IMG/VR virus record: IMGVR_UViG_3300001782_000005 | Span: 186,001-250,000 of that record | DNA: 64,000 bases | Direction: 5' to 3' (one strand) | Shown here: positions 1 through 8,373 of the stretch, piece by piece | How the letters are laid out: each line of letters opens with the position of its first letter | Numbering within the stretch: position 1 is the first letter of the stretch | Notes under the pieces: model-generated | Told to the model about the DNA's origin: nothing | What the model saw: the letters and a program-made list of their open reading frames with translations, nothing else | Databases searched by the model: none | Translations under genes and position numbers: made by a program

Positions 1-299
1 AGAACTTTGGCTGTATATACTAACGGATTTGTCTTCAACTCCTCTGGTTCTAGTTCTTTGGCTTTCTTACCAAACATCTTTCCCAAGGTTTCAAAGAAAC
101 CTGTTCTTTTGGTGAAGGCCACTTTTTCTTCAATCTCGGCAAGTTTGGAACTAATTTCAACTAGCTCCTCTTTAGCCTTAAGCAACCTTGCTTTGTCACC
201 ATCGGTGGCTACTCCTTGGGTGATCCGATCCTCAATTGCTGCACATTCTCGCATCAATGATGCTCGGTTTTGACGAAGTTGCTTTTCTTTTTCGTCCAT
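1..299 (-). CDS. Hypothetical coiled-coil protein, runs off window start (MDEKEKQLRQNRASLMREC...)
   Basis: Manual translation from ATG at 299 with GGAGG RBS; open to position 1; the + strand ORF 7..273 is its shadow. Confidence 0.55.
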   Translation of the reverse strand, partial: MDEKEKQLRQNRASLMRECAAIEDRITQGVATDGDKARLLKAKEELVEISSKLAEIEEKVAFTKRTGFFETLGKMFGKKAKELEPEELKTNPLVYTAKV

Positions 300-332
300 A
301 AGTAACATCCTCCTTTTTTCTTCGTTCGGTAA

Positions 333-521
333 TTATACTATTTCTTCCCTTTCAATTTCCGAACTTCCATAACCTTTAATGATTTTGAAACCATATGCGG
401 GAAATGCTACTAATCCCACAAGACCTCCTGCCGCCATTCCAAAGAAGAAGCCTATTACTGCTAAGGCTATCAAAATTAGAACGAACCCGACCACCGTCAT
501 TACGTCGATCGCCAATTGCAT
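333..521 (-). CDS. Small membrane protein
   Basis: Two hydrophobic stretches, GGAGG RBS upstream. Confidence 0.5.
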   Translation of the reverse strand: MQLAIDVMTVVGFVLILIALAVIGFFFGMAAGGLVGLVAFPAYGFKIIKGYGSSEIEREEIV

Positions 522-575
522 CTGCTAGCCTCCTTCCACAAGTAAATTTTCGACGCACAATAATTATATTCCAGT

Positions 576-590
576 AATTAATATATATAG
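576..590 (-). promoter_or_regulatory. Class-1 promoter-like motif (CTATATATATTAATT on - strand)
   Basis: AATTAATATATATAG on + strand; recurs ~35-60 nt upstream of many - strand genes. Confidence 0.6.
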
Positions 591-639
591 ACACAGATGA
601 TTAACCAAGAATCATGTGAGATAAAATTTTTGGATATGA

Positions 640-654
640 GAACATATATTAAAA
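640..654 (+). promoter_or_regulatory. Class-2 promoter-like motif (GAACAWAWTAWAAA-type)
   Basis: GAACATATATTAAAA upstream of queC; related motif precedes most + strand operons. Confidence 0.45.
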
Positions 655-670
655 ATGAAGGGAGAAACGA

Positions 671-1270
671 ATGGTGAATATTGGACCAATAAGTGAAGAA
701 GTTAGGGATCTATTGATACTTTATAGTGGCGGAGCAGACAGTCGATTGATGTTAGAAATTGCTCTTAGATTGGGCAGAAAACCACATTGCCTATTAATTC
801 ATTATGGTCAACTACATAAAGAGGAACTTGATTTTGCAATAAATCAACTTGATAAACTTAAGGTTCCGTGGCAGATGGTTACGGTCCAAGGACTTTTGTA
901 TGAGAGTGCATTAACAGGTAGTGGCGAGCAAGGTACATTCGGAGATAAAGACGAGATTAGTATATGGCATGTTCCTGGTCGAAATACAATGTTCGCTGGA
1001 ATTGCATTGGGAATTGCTGAAAATAAAAGGATTGATGAAATATGGCATGGGGCTGATTTTTCAGATCGTCTAAATTTATTTCCAGATTGTTACCAAGAAT
1101 ATGTTGTCAAAGTAAATGAATTATTTGCAATTGCTGGCCCAAAACCAATTAAATATATGGCACCTTTAGCCGGTATGACAAAAGAGATGATAATAGGTTT
1201 GTTGAAAGAGTATGAAATTTCTGAGCATGAAATCTTTTCAGGATATGGGGATATACAGGCAGAAGTTTAG
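671..1270 (+). CDS. queC: 7-cyano-7-deazaguanine synthase QueC-like
   Basis: LYSGGADS PP-loop, VPGRN, FPDC motifs; C-terminal Zn-binding Cys cluster absent. Confidence 0.85.
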   Translation: MVNIGPISEEVRDLLILYSGGADSRLMLEIALRLGRKPHCLLIHYGQLHKEELDFAINQLDKLKVPWQMVTVQGLLYESALTGSGEQGTFGDKDEISIWHVPGRNTMFAGIALGIAENKRIDEIWHGADFSDRLNLFPDCYQEYVVKVNELFAIAGPKPIKYMAPLAGMTKEMIIGLLKEYEISEHEIFSGYGDIQAEV

Positions 1271-1295
1271 ACAAAAAAATAAATCGAAGAAAAAC

Positions 1296-1325
1296 AAAAA
1301 GGCATTAGAGTTAATATGCCTTTTT
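1296..1325. terminator. Bidirectional intrinsic terminator
   Basis: AAAAAGGCAT...ATGCCTTTTT between convergent genes. Confidence 0.65.
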
Positions 1326-1362
1326 GACTATCTGGTTCATTGGAAGATTTCAACAGATAGTT

Positions 1363-1923
1363 TTAGTAGAATTCTCGCCAACGATTATTTTTCCACATAA
1401 GTTGACGATCAGCCTGGATGCTTGTATTTTTGGTTTTGGCAACATTTGCTGCCATCAGACCGATTGAATCATGACGATGGTGTGTGAAAGTATGACCAAG
1501 TTCATGAGCAGTGACAATACCACTACCTCTCATGGTCGACCTAATCAGAATATAGCGACCAGCACATTTTGCCATGAATGGTCTATTTGGAAGGTTCAGA
1601 TAGGCGATTGCAACATCAAAAGGATATTTCTTCTCGAAGCGTTTGGCCTTATGCTTAAGTTGGACCATTAACCTTGATCCCACTTTTTTGTTCCAATGAA
1701 CCTTCTTGACCGCCACGATTTCGAGATCCATATAGACTTGACCTTCCATGATTCTACTTGCATTTGAAATCGCTTGGTAAATCCGATCTTGTTTAAATAC
1801 ACCATCAGTCAGTACCAGAACCTTTAAGGTTCGGACATTGAAGTTCTCAGCGAGCACTGGACTTGCTAAACTAAGAACTAACACTATAGCCAATAGCCAC
1901 CTTAACATTGTTTTTTGTTTCAT
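1363..1923 (-). CDS. Secreted zinc metallopeptidase (metzincin-like)
   Basis: Signal peptide ending VLA; AHELGHTFTHHRH zinc motif followed by GLM Met-turn. Confidence 0.65.
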   Translation of the reverse strand: MKQKTMLRWLLAIVLVLSLASPVLAENFNVRTLKVLVLTDGVFKQDRIYQAISNASRIMEGQVYMDLEIVAVKKVHWNKKVGSRLMVQLKHKAKRFEKKYPFDVAIAYLNLPNRPFMAKCAGRYILIRSTMRGSGIVTAHELGHTFTHHRHDSIGLMAANVAKTKNTSIQADRQLMWKNNRWREFY

Positions 1924-1955
1924 GATATTATCCTCCTTTTAGGTCATGGCCTGAC

Positions 1956-2363
1956 CTATTTCTTTTTCTTTTTTGCAGGTTTACAACTTCCTTTACCTTT
2001 CTCAGCTGTTACATTACCAGTTGATTGATCGTATAGGAAAGAATATCCTTGACCATCAATATCAGCAGTTGCACAATTACCACTATCTACCCAATTGAGT
2101 TCTAGACCAGAAAGACTTATACGATTCTTTAAGTCTGAAGTTTCTGGGTAGATTGGAGGGCTGTTGCCCTTTACAGCACTCTCGATATATCCGAAAGATG
2201 CAGCGGTGGTTATTGTTACAATTATTTGGTTTACCTTTCCTTCTCTAACTTCGTCTCTTAAATCAAGATATGCAGGAAAGGCTATAGCTGCTAACATGCC
2301 AAGGAGTGCAATCACTAAAACGATCTCGAGAAATGTGAAACCATTTTTGTTTCTTATATTCAT
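1956..2363 (-). CDS. Type IV pilin-like protein
   Basis: Prepilin cleavage/methylation motif KNG-FTFLEIVLVIALLGMLAAIAFP; C-terminal Cys pair. Confidence 0.85.
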   Translation of the reverse strand: MNIRNKNGFTFLEIVLVIALLGMLAAIAFPAYLDLRDEVREGKVNQIIVTITTAASFGYIESAVKGNSPPIYPETSDLKNRISLSGLELNWVDSGNCATADIDGQGYSFLYDQSTGNVTAEKGKGSCKPAKKKKK

Positions 2364-2409
2364 CTTAATTACCTCCTTTCAAAAACACCAAACATTTCGC
2401 CCTATCATT

Positions 2410-2424
2410 AATTAATATATATAG
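2410..2424 (-). promoter_or_regulatory. Class-1 promoter-like motif
   Basis: Exact AATTAATATATATAG, 47 nt upstream of pilin start. Confidence 0.6.
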
Positions 2425-2440
2425 TAGTGAATCTTTATAT

Positions 2441-2827
2441 ATGGTGGCAAAAATGGACCCAACTAAACCAGGAAAGATCATTGGTATTATTGGTACAAGA
2501 CGAAGAAATAGTTTCAATGACTATAAAGCGGTCGAAGAAGCATTCTTTAAAATCTATGAAGAAGGAGATTGGATTTGCTCAGGGGGATGTCCGAGGGGTG
2601 GAGATAGATTTGCTGAGAAGATTGCAAAAAAATATGGGATACCAATTCTTATATTCTACCCAAATTGGACAAAGTATGGTAGAGGTGCGGGTATTGTGAG
2701 GAATACATATATTGCAGCAATATCTAATATTCTTATTGCTTGTGTTGCAGAAGATCGGACTGGTGGTTCTGAAGACACCATTGAAAAATTTGAGAGACAT
2801 AGAAAAAGAAAGGCAGTATTGGTATGA
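2441..2827 (+). CDS. SLOG-superfamily (YspA/DprA-like) protein
   Basis: IGIIGTRR, SGGCPRGGD, AGIVRN motifs. Confidence 0.75.
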   Translation: MVAKMDPTKPGKIIGIIGTRRRNSFNDYKAVEEAFFKIYEEGDWICSGGCPRGGDRFAEKIAKKYGIPILIFYPNWTKYGRGAGIVRNTYIAAISNILIACVAEDRTGGSEDTIEKFERHRKRKAVLV

Positions 2828-3645
2828 GATTAAGAGTGTATCTAGCTGGTCATGCCCTTGAGGAAGAATATAGAGAAATTGTCAAGAAGCAATATGGAGA
2901 ACAGTTTGACCTTATTGATCCGGTTTTAAAAGCTAAGTTAGAAGAAACTGATCCAATGGATATTCCCCCAATAGATAAAGCATTAATTCTTACTTGTCAT
3001 GTTCTTGTTGCATATATTAGAAAAGCAACTTTTGGGACAGCTATGGAAATCATATTTGCTTATATGCACGGAATACCTGTCATATTAATAGACGTAACTA
3101 ACGGGGAAATTGCAAAAGATATCTGGGTTGCCTATCATATAAGAGGAGTATTTTATTCAATCCGATCTTGCTTTGATTACTTATTGAGTCATCAATTAGA
3201 ATATATAGAACAAAAAATAAAAAAGGAGTCGGTAATGGAACCTAAAGTTGCAACGAAACTGTTGGGCAAAGAACATTCACCAATGATTATTAGAAAGACA
3301 AACAAATTTGGTTTTCCTTTATTTGTTAGTCTTATTTGTGATGCTGATTTATCTAATTTAGATGAGATTATTATGGTGAGTATTAGTAATGCTATCCATG
3401 AGAGGTTTAATGGTGAAGAAGAAAAAGTTTATGAGAATCCCCAGAATTTAAGAAATCTTGTCGGTGAAATATCAGAAAGAATTAAGAAGAATTATGAGAA
3501 GGTAAAAGAAGGTTGTGTTGAAGGAATTGCTGTCATTCTTTATGCTGATAAGTGTTTTATCTCCTCGTTATGGGGAGATTTTATGAATCATGGTATGTGC
3601 AGAGAAGAACTTTACTTTGCTCTAAACTTTATGACTGGAGTTTAG
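2824..3645 (+). CDS. Nucleoside 2-deoxyribosyltransferase-like N-terminal domain plus unknown C-terminal domain
   Basis: VYLAG, D-x-LVAY, FGTAMEIIFAYMHGIPV pattern. Confidence 0.6.
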   Translation: MRLRVYLAGHALEEEYREIVKKQYGEQFDLIDPVLKAKLEETDPMDIPPIDKALILTCHVLVAYIRKATFGTAMEIIFAYMHGIPVILIDVTNGEIAKDIWVAYHIRGVFYSIRSCFDYLLSHQLEYIEQKIKKESVMEPKVATKLLGKEHSPMIIRKTNKFGFPLFVSLICDADLSNLDEIIMVSISNAIHERFNGEEEKVYENPQNLRNLVGEISERIKKNYEKVKEGCVEGIAVILYADKCFISSLWGDFMNHGMCREELYFALNFMTGV

Positions 3646-3646
3646 T

Positions 3647-4006
3647 ATGGAAATTGAAGTGAATACAGTAGAAGGTGCAGAATTAAAACCTGTTAAATAT
3701 AATGTACCTGATGGGTTAGTTCCTGGAGAAATTGCTAACCATCTTGAGTTTACTGAAAATGTCCATCAATTTATTGAACCTCCGTTTCCATTTGGTATAC
3801 TAATTAGCAGGAGAGAAGATAGGAATGAATTCTTTATTTCGATTGAGGCCTTTGGAACTTGTGAGTATTTCAAAGTATACTCAGTTAAAGATCTGATGAT
3901 TCTATTTGCTAAAACATTAAGTCCTTTTCTTGTTCCTTTCTATCTTGAGCATTTTTATAGAGCATTGAGGGGGATACAGCAACAAGGCAATAGACCAGGG
4001 AGATAA
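3647..4006 (+). CDS. Hypothetical protein
   Basis: Coupled ORF in operon. Confidence 0.55.
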   Translation: MEIEVNTVEGAELKPVKYNVPDGLVPGEIANHLEFTENVHQFIEPPFPFGILISRREDRNEFFISIEAFGTCEYFKVYSVKDLMILFAKTLSPFLVPFYLEHFYRALRGIQQQGNRPGR

Positions 4007-4008
4007 TA

Positions 4009-4296
4009 ATGGCGAGAGAACATATCAGAGATTTAGTTAAAGATCCTCAATGGCAAAAAGTACGAGAGAGTTTGTTAGGTCAGTGGAAGGAGAGACCAGA
4101 GTGGTGTTGTGCCCAATTAAACAAATACTTGGGTTCAATTTCGAGTGCCTCTAATAAGAAAATTAGAATAGTCATGAATTATCTAACTGGAACCGGGTTC
4201 CGTACAGGCAGAATCACTCACTCCTGTATAACCAAAATAAGGACTCAATTATCTGCTGAAGTAAAGAAGAGAAAAGCAAAGAGAACTTGGGAATAA
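4009..4296 (+). CDS. Hypothetical basic protein
   Basis: Coupled ORF, GGGAG RBS. Confidence 0.6.
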   Translation: MAREHIRDLVKDPQWQKVRESLLGQWKERPEWCCAQLNKYLGSISSASNKKIRIVMNYLTGTGFRTGRITHSCITKIRTQLSAEVKKRKAKRTWE

Positions 4297-4322
4297 AACA
4301 AAAAAAATAATTGGGTTTAAAA

Positions 4323-4347
4323 AGAAAAAGGGTCAAATCCCCTTTTT
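4323..4347. terminator. Intrinsic terminator hairpin
   Basis: GAAAAAGGG-7nt-CCCTTTTTC between convergent genes. Confidence 0.55.
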
Positions 4348-4365
4348 CCCCTGGTGGTTCCAGGA

Positions 4366-4536
4366 TTAGATTTTTAGAGTCTCTGCGACTTCTATGACCC
4401 AGTCAGGTAGTTCATCCCTGTTGATTATCTGTCCATCAAGGTTCCACTTGACTGTGTATCCTCCAATATTACCCTTGAGGTAGTCGCCGCAGAAATCTAG
4501 AGAAATGGATTCTCCGCTCTCAAATACTGCTTGCAC
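4366..4536 (-). CDS. Hypothetical protein (start moved to GTG 4536)
   Basis: GGAGGTGA RBS upstream of GTG; removes most overlap with upstream gene. Confidence 0.45.
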   Translation of the reverse strand: MQAVFESGESISLDFCGDYLKGNIGGYTVKWNLDGQIINRDELPDWVIEVAETLKI

Positions 4537-4732
4537 GACTCTCACCTCCTTTGAATTTGTCAAAGGCCTTTTCAAAGAGGAAGTCGTCACACTTCTTACA
4601 GGAGCATACATGATCACGAATGAGTTGAGAAACTTCGTCGTCGAGTTCTCCGTTGAGATAACTCTCCATCTCAACTTTGATAAGTTGGCAACCAGCGTTT
4701 TGATCTAATTCTCCATCTAGTTCAAAAACCAT
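4520..4732 (-). CDS. zf-HC2 anti-sigma-factor-like zinc-binding protein
   Basis: C-x7-YLNGEL-x8-HVCSCKKC matches ZAS pattern; GGAGG RBS before ATG 4732. Confidence 0.65.
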   Translation of the reverse strand: MVFELDGELDQNAGCQLIKVEMESYLNGELDDEVSQLIRDHVCSCKKCDDFLFEKAFDKFKGGESRASSI

Positions 4733-4742
4733 GATAACCTCC

Positions 4743-4976
4743 TTATTTTTGATTTCCGTAATGTTTCTTGGTACTTTCAATTTGCTGCCAATAACCAGCA
4801 CCCTCTAGTGTCATTTTGAATTCTTCTTCTCTCTTCCTTCTCTTTCTTTTAGATTCGAATGGGTCACTATTTCTCCACATCCAAACTAAGTAGTAGAGGA
4901 TTGAGAGTGCTAGAAACGATACCACGATAATATCAAGCAAACTCATTCCTTTAAACATGGCCGTGTCCTCCTTCAC
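4743..4976 (-). CDS. Small single-TM protein
   Basis: N-terminal TM helix, basic tail. Confidence 0.5.
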   Translation of the reverse strand: MKEDTAMFKGMSLLDIIVVSFLALSILYYLVWMWRNSDPFESKRKRRKREEEFKMTLEGAGYWQQIESTKKHYGNQK

Positions 4977-5230
4977 TTTCTGTAATAAGATTTGATTCTT
5001 TGTTGACGTTCTTGTTCTTGTATTTCTCTTTCTATGACTTCTGCCTTTCTCTTCTTCTCATGTTTCCGGTCAAGAATGAAGAACTTTACCATTATGATCC
5101 AAGCGGTAATCATTATCAAAAGCGCAGGAATCTTCGTAAAGAGACTTGTTGACTGTGAGTGAGTATATATTGCTATTATCATTATTAGTGAATATAATAT
5201 GCTCCACCTAAGAAATTTTTCTGATTTCAT
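4973..5230 (-). CDS. Small two-TM protein
   Basis: Two hydrophobic helices, charged tail. Confidence 0.55.
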   Translation of the reverse strand: MKSEKFLRWSILYSLIMIIAIYTHSQSTSLFTKIPALLIMITAWIIMVKFFILDRKHEKKRKAEVIEREIQEQERQQRIKSYYRK

Positions 5231-5248
5231 AGCCCTAAACCCTCCTTG

Positions 5249-5653
5249 TTAGTAATTAGAATTGTCCTCGACTTCTACTTTTCTAAGTTTGGCGATAGCA
5301 AGGACAATCTCTTTGAAAGCAATTAATTGACCCTCTCCCCAGTATTTGTGCTTTATAGTTATTGTGAAGAATTCTCCCTTTACTCTATGGTAAGTCCAGC
5401 AGTCATTCAACTCTTCATCACCGTACTCATTGATATCCATAAAAGCATAAGTGGGAGAAAGTAAGGATACTATTGCTCTCAAAGTATTTGTAGTTACATA
5501 AATCTGATATGGCTGATTTATATATTTCTTAAATATGAAGGTAGCTATTTCTCCTCGGCGATCATACTTATCCTGAATCTCATGAAAAACTACCTTCACC
5601 AAATCAGCTAGAGATGATGATAAAGAAACCTTAATCCCTTGTGGTAGTCCCAT
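5249..5653 (-). CDS. Hypothetical protein
   Basis: Coupled ORF. Confidence 0.55.
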   Translation of the reverse strand: MGLPQGIKVSLSSSLADLVKVVFHEIQDKYDRRGEIATFIFKKYINQPYQIYVTTNTLRAIVSLLSPTYAFMDINEYGDEELNDCWTYHRVKGEFFTITIKHKYWGEGQLIAFKEIVLAIAKLRKVEVEDNSNY

Positions 5654-5877
5654 TATTTACCCCTCCAGTTTGGTGGAATTTTGCCTACTGGAATTACGCT
5701 TGAACAGACATGGCATTTAACCTGGTCATCTCCAAGATGTGTGAAACCCCAATAGTTACACTCTAATTTTTGAGCATCAACTATTGATAAACAACATGGG
5801 CATTGAACCTCATTGAGATCAGTATGATTTCTGGAATGAAATGTCTGTGTGGTTCCATAAGTATCATACCTATCCAT
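5653..5877 (-). CDS. Small zinc-ribbon protein
   Basis: CPCC and CHVC pairs; GGAGGA RBS. Confidence 0.55.
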   Translation of the reverse strand: MDRYDTYGTTQTFHSRNHTDLNEVQCPCCLSIVDAQKLECNYWGFTHLGDDQVKCHVCSSVIPVGKIPPNWRGK

Positions 5878-5916
5878 TATCTATCCTCCTCTAAAAGTAT
5901 AAAATCATTACCCGAT

Positions 5917-5931
5917 AATTAATATATATAG
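5917..5931 (-). promoter_or_regulatory. Class-1 promoter-like motif
   Basis: Exact AATTAATATATATAG, 40 nt upstream of 5877 start. Confidence 0.6.
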
Positions 5932-5949
5932 ACACTTTTTTTATATATG

Positions 5950-5964
5950 GTAACAAAATAAAAA
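5950..5964 (+). promoter_or_regulatory. Class-2 promoter-like motif
   Basis: GTAACAAAATAAAAA before deacetylase operon. Confidence 0.45.
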
Positions 5965-5982
5965 GGAAAGGAGTCACAGAAA

Positions 5983-6453
5983 ATGGCTGGAGATCAAATT
6001 ATTATTGCTCCTCATTGTGACGATGAGATCATCGGTTGTTTTGAAATTCTAAATAAGAATACTATAGTTGTTTATACTGAACCCGCTGATCAAAAGAGAA
6101 GAGATGAGGCGGCGAAATTATTAAAAGATCACCAATTAGTTAAGGGTCAATTATTCTTTAAAGATATTCCCAGTACTATTATGTCACCTAAGAATATTTT
6201 TTATTTCCCTGATCCAGCCTATGAAATTCATCCTGCCCACAGAAAATGGGGATCAGTAGGTGAAGCGATGCTTAGAAGTGGATTCGATGTTATTTTCTAT
6301 TCTATTCAAATGAACGCTCCGTATATTCATGAAACCAAAGAACCTGGCGAGAAGAAAAGATTGTTAGATTTAGTTTATCCAAGTCAAATTAATCTATGGT
6401 TGAATGATGCAAAATATTATCTTTTTGAAGGAAGATGTAAATGGATAATGTAG
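5983..6453 (+). CDS. PIG-L/LmbE-family N-acetyl deacetylase
   Basis: IAPHCDDE metal motif and HPAH motif. Confidence 0.75.
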   Translation: MAGDQIIIAPHCDDEIIGCFEILNKNTIVVYTEPADQKRRDEAAKLLKDHQLVKGQLFFKDIPSTIMSPKNIFYFPDPAYEIHPAHRKWGSVGEAMLRSGFDVIFYSIQMNAPYIHETKEPGEKKRLLDLVYPSQINLWLNDAKYYLFEGRCKWIM

Positions 6454-6908
6454 AGAGACCTAGTTGGAATAAATACTTTATGGAAATGGCCCATTTAGCT
6501 AAGAGCCGTTCAACTTGACTAAGGAGAAAAGTTGGAGCTGTCCTAGTTAAGGATCGGCAAGTAATAGCGACAGGGTATAATGGAGCACCGACTGGACAAA
6601 AGCATTGTCTCGATATAGGGTGTTTAAGAGAAGAGTTAAATATTCCATCTGGTGAAAAGCATGAGTTATGTAGAGCTGTACATGCCGAGCAAAACCTAAT
6701 CGCTCAAGCATCAAAACGTGGCATATCCAGTGAAGGTGCGACTGTTTATTGTACAACATTTCCATGTTTTATATGTTCTAAACTTCTAATAAACTCAGGT
6801 ATATCAGAGATATACTATGAAGAGTACTACAATGCTCCAGAGACAAAAGAGATGCTCGAAGAAGCGAATATTAGGTTAATTCATTGGAAAGGAGAAGAGG
6901 GTGAGTAG
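6441..6908 (+). CDS. dCMP deaminase (ComEB-like) with in-frame TGA at codon 26; absent from ORF track
   Basis: Manual translation [37 protein letters not shown]...GYNG...HAEQN...PCFIC...GE; TGA 6516-6518 sits at the usual RSTC cysteine. Confidence 0.85.
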
Positions 6909-7848
6909 ATTATTTTTTGTTCCACAATTGCCAATAAAGATGAGATATCAGGAATGGTGGTTCACACAGATTCCAGAGCAATTATCTAAGTATTTTGATA
7001 AAATTATTGTAGTGGGTGAACAATATGCTTTTACTGAGGGTGTTTCTAGCGGCAAGGATTTCTCAAATATTGAAAGAGCAATTAAATTTGAATGTAAACA
7101 AGTCAATGAGTTTTTAAATTATGACTTAGGAGATAGCGATTTTCTACTTCACGCGGATCTTAGTTTTCCTGGTATATTTCATAACGTATTGCATCATAAA
7201 CAGGTCAAGAACGCATTTGTGATGTGTCACGCCACTTCAAAGAACAAACTTGATTACTTTACCCCAGTCAGAAACAGTAAAGAGGCAGTTGAGTGTGGTC
7301 ATGCGAGATCATATAAAAAAGTATTTGTTGCTAGTGAATACCATAAGAAAAAATTGGGGTGGACAAATGTTGTAAATTTAGGAGCATTACCTAATCCTTC
7401 ATTTAAGGGTTGTAACTCCGAGAAGGTTTATCCTATTGTCTCAGTTGCTAGACACTCTGTTCAAAAAAGGACTAAGTCAATTGAAGACGCCGTAAGAAAG
7501 AGATATGGAGAAATAATTGATGCTCCTCAATTTTTAGAATGGTATGGTTATTATGATTTTCTAGGGAGCTCGGAGTGTATGTTAATTACTAGTAAGGAAG
7601 AGTGTTATGGTTACCAAGTTATTGATGCGGTAATAAATAATTGTATACCAATTGCTCCTAGAGGTTTTTCATATCCTGAGCTATTACCAGATGAATATCT
7701 TTATAGTGGAATAGATGAGTTATTCGAAATTCTAAGATGGACTGATGGGAAGGGAGTTAGAGGTTTAAAAGTTCCCAAGCTTCTTAATCAAGAAAAGATT
7801 GACAACTTTTATCAAAACCTTGTAATGGAGATGAAAGATGCCGTTTAA
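6901..7848 (+). CDS. GT-B fold glycosyltransferase (GT4-like)
   Basis: C-terminal [12 protein letters not shown]...PIAP...YPEL pattern. Confidence 0.7.
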   Translation: MSRLFFVPQLPIKMRYQEWWFTQIPEQLSKYFDKIIVVGEQYAFTEGVSSGKDFSNIERAIKFECKQVNEFLNYDLGDSDFLLHADLSFPGIFHNVLHHKQVKNAFVMCHATSKNKLDYFTPVRNSKEAVECGHARSYKKVFVASEYHKKKLGWTNVVNLGALPNPSFKGCNSEKVYPIVSVARHSVQKRTKSIEDAVRKRYGEIIDAPQFLEWYGYYDFLGSSECMLITSKEECYGYQVIDAVINNCIPIAPRGFSYPELLPDEYLYSGIDELFEILRWTDGKGVRGLKVPKLLNQEKIDNFYQNLVMEMKDAV

Positions 7849-8347
7849 GATATTCAATAAATGGCTCTTCGATGGAAATAAAAAATCAAAAATTGATCCC
7901 AGTTTATTGAAATATAATTCACCAATTACTAATATGTATGTTATGGGTCTATTTCAGAGAAGTGGGAAATTAAATCATTATTTAGATAAGTATTTTAATA
8001 ATATGGGTCTATATTATTTAGATAAGGAGGAGTTCTTTAACTTCATTAAGAAGTGCGTAATAGACTTTAGGATTAATCGAAGGAATATAACATTCTTTCC
8101 CAGAAAACCAAGCGATGATTTATTTAATGCACTAAGGAATCGAGTGGCTACATTGAAAAGTGATGACCTTGATTTATTAACTCAATTGGTAAATAAATCT
8201 GATGATAAAGAAGCAATCTATAGTTCTCTTGGTATTGATAAAAAACCAAAAGCATGTAAAATTCCAAACCGTTCAATGAAGCAAAAAAATAAAGTTAGTT
8301 TAGAAGAGTTTATGGAGAATTTCACCACCATAGAGATAGGAAAATAG
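7838..8347 (+). CDS. Hypothetical protein
   Basis: Coupled ORF; no diagnostic motif recognised. Confidence 0.55.
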   Translation: MPFKIFNKWLFDGNKKSKIDPSLLKYNSPITNMYVMGLFQRSGKLNHYLDKYFNNMGLYYLDKEEFFNFIKKCVIDFRINRRNITFFPRKPSDDLFNALRNRVATLKSDDLDLLTQLVNKSDDKEAIYSSLGIDKKPKACKIPNRSMKQKNKVSLEEFMENFTTIEIGK

Positions 8348-8359
8348 TACCTATCTCTA
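8331..8359. terminator. Hairpin at convergent gene junction
   Basis: TAGAGATAGG-9nt-CCTATCTCTA. Confidence 0.5.
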
Positions 8360-8373
8360 CGGCGGGACAGAGT

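Noticed and set aside
576-590. Archaeal TATA box implying an archaeal virus
   Set aside because: GroES, GH108 lysozyme, lipoprotein/spanin genes, RfaE and a sigma70 promoter point to a bacterial host.
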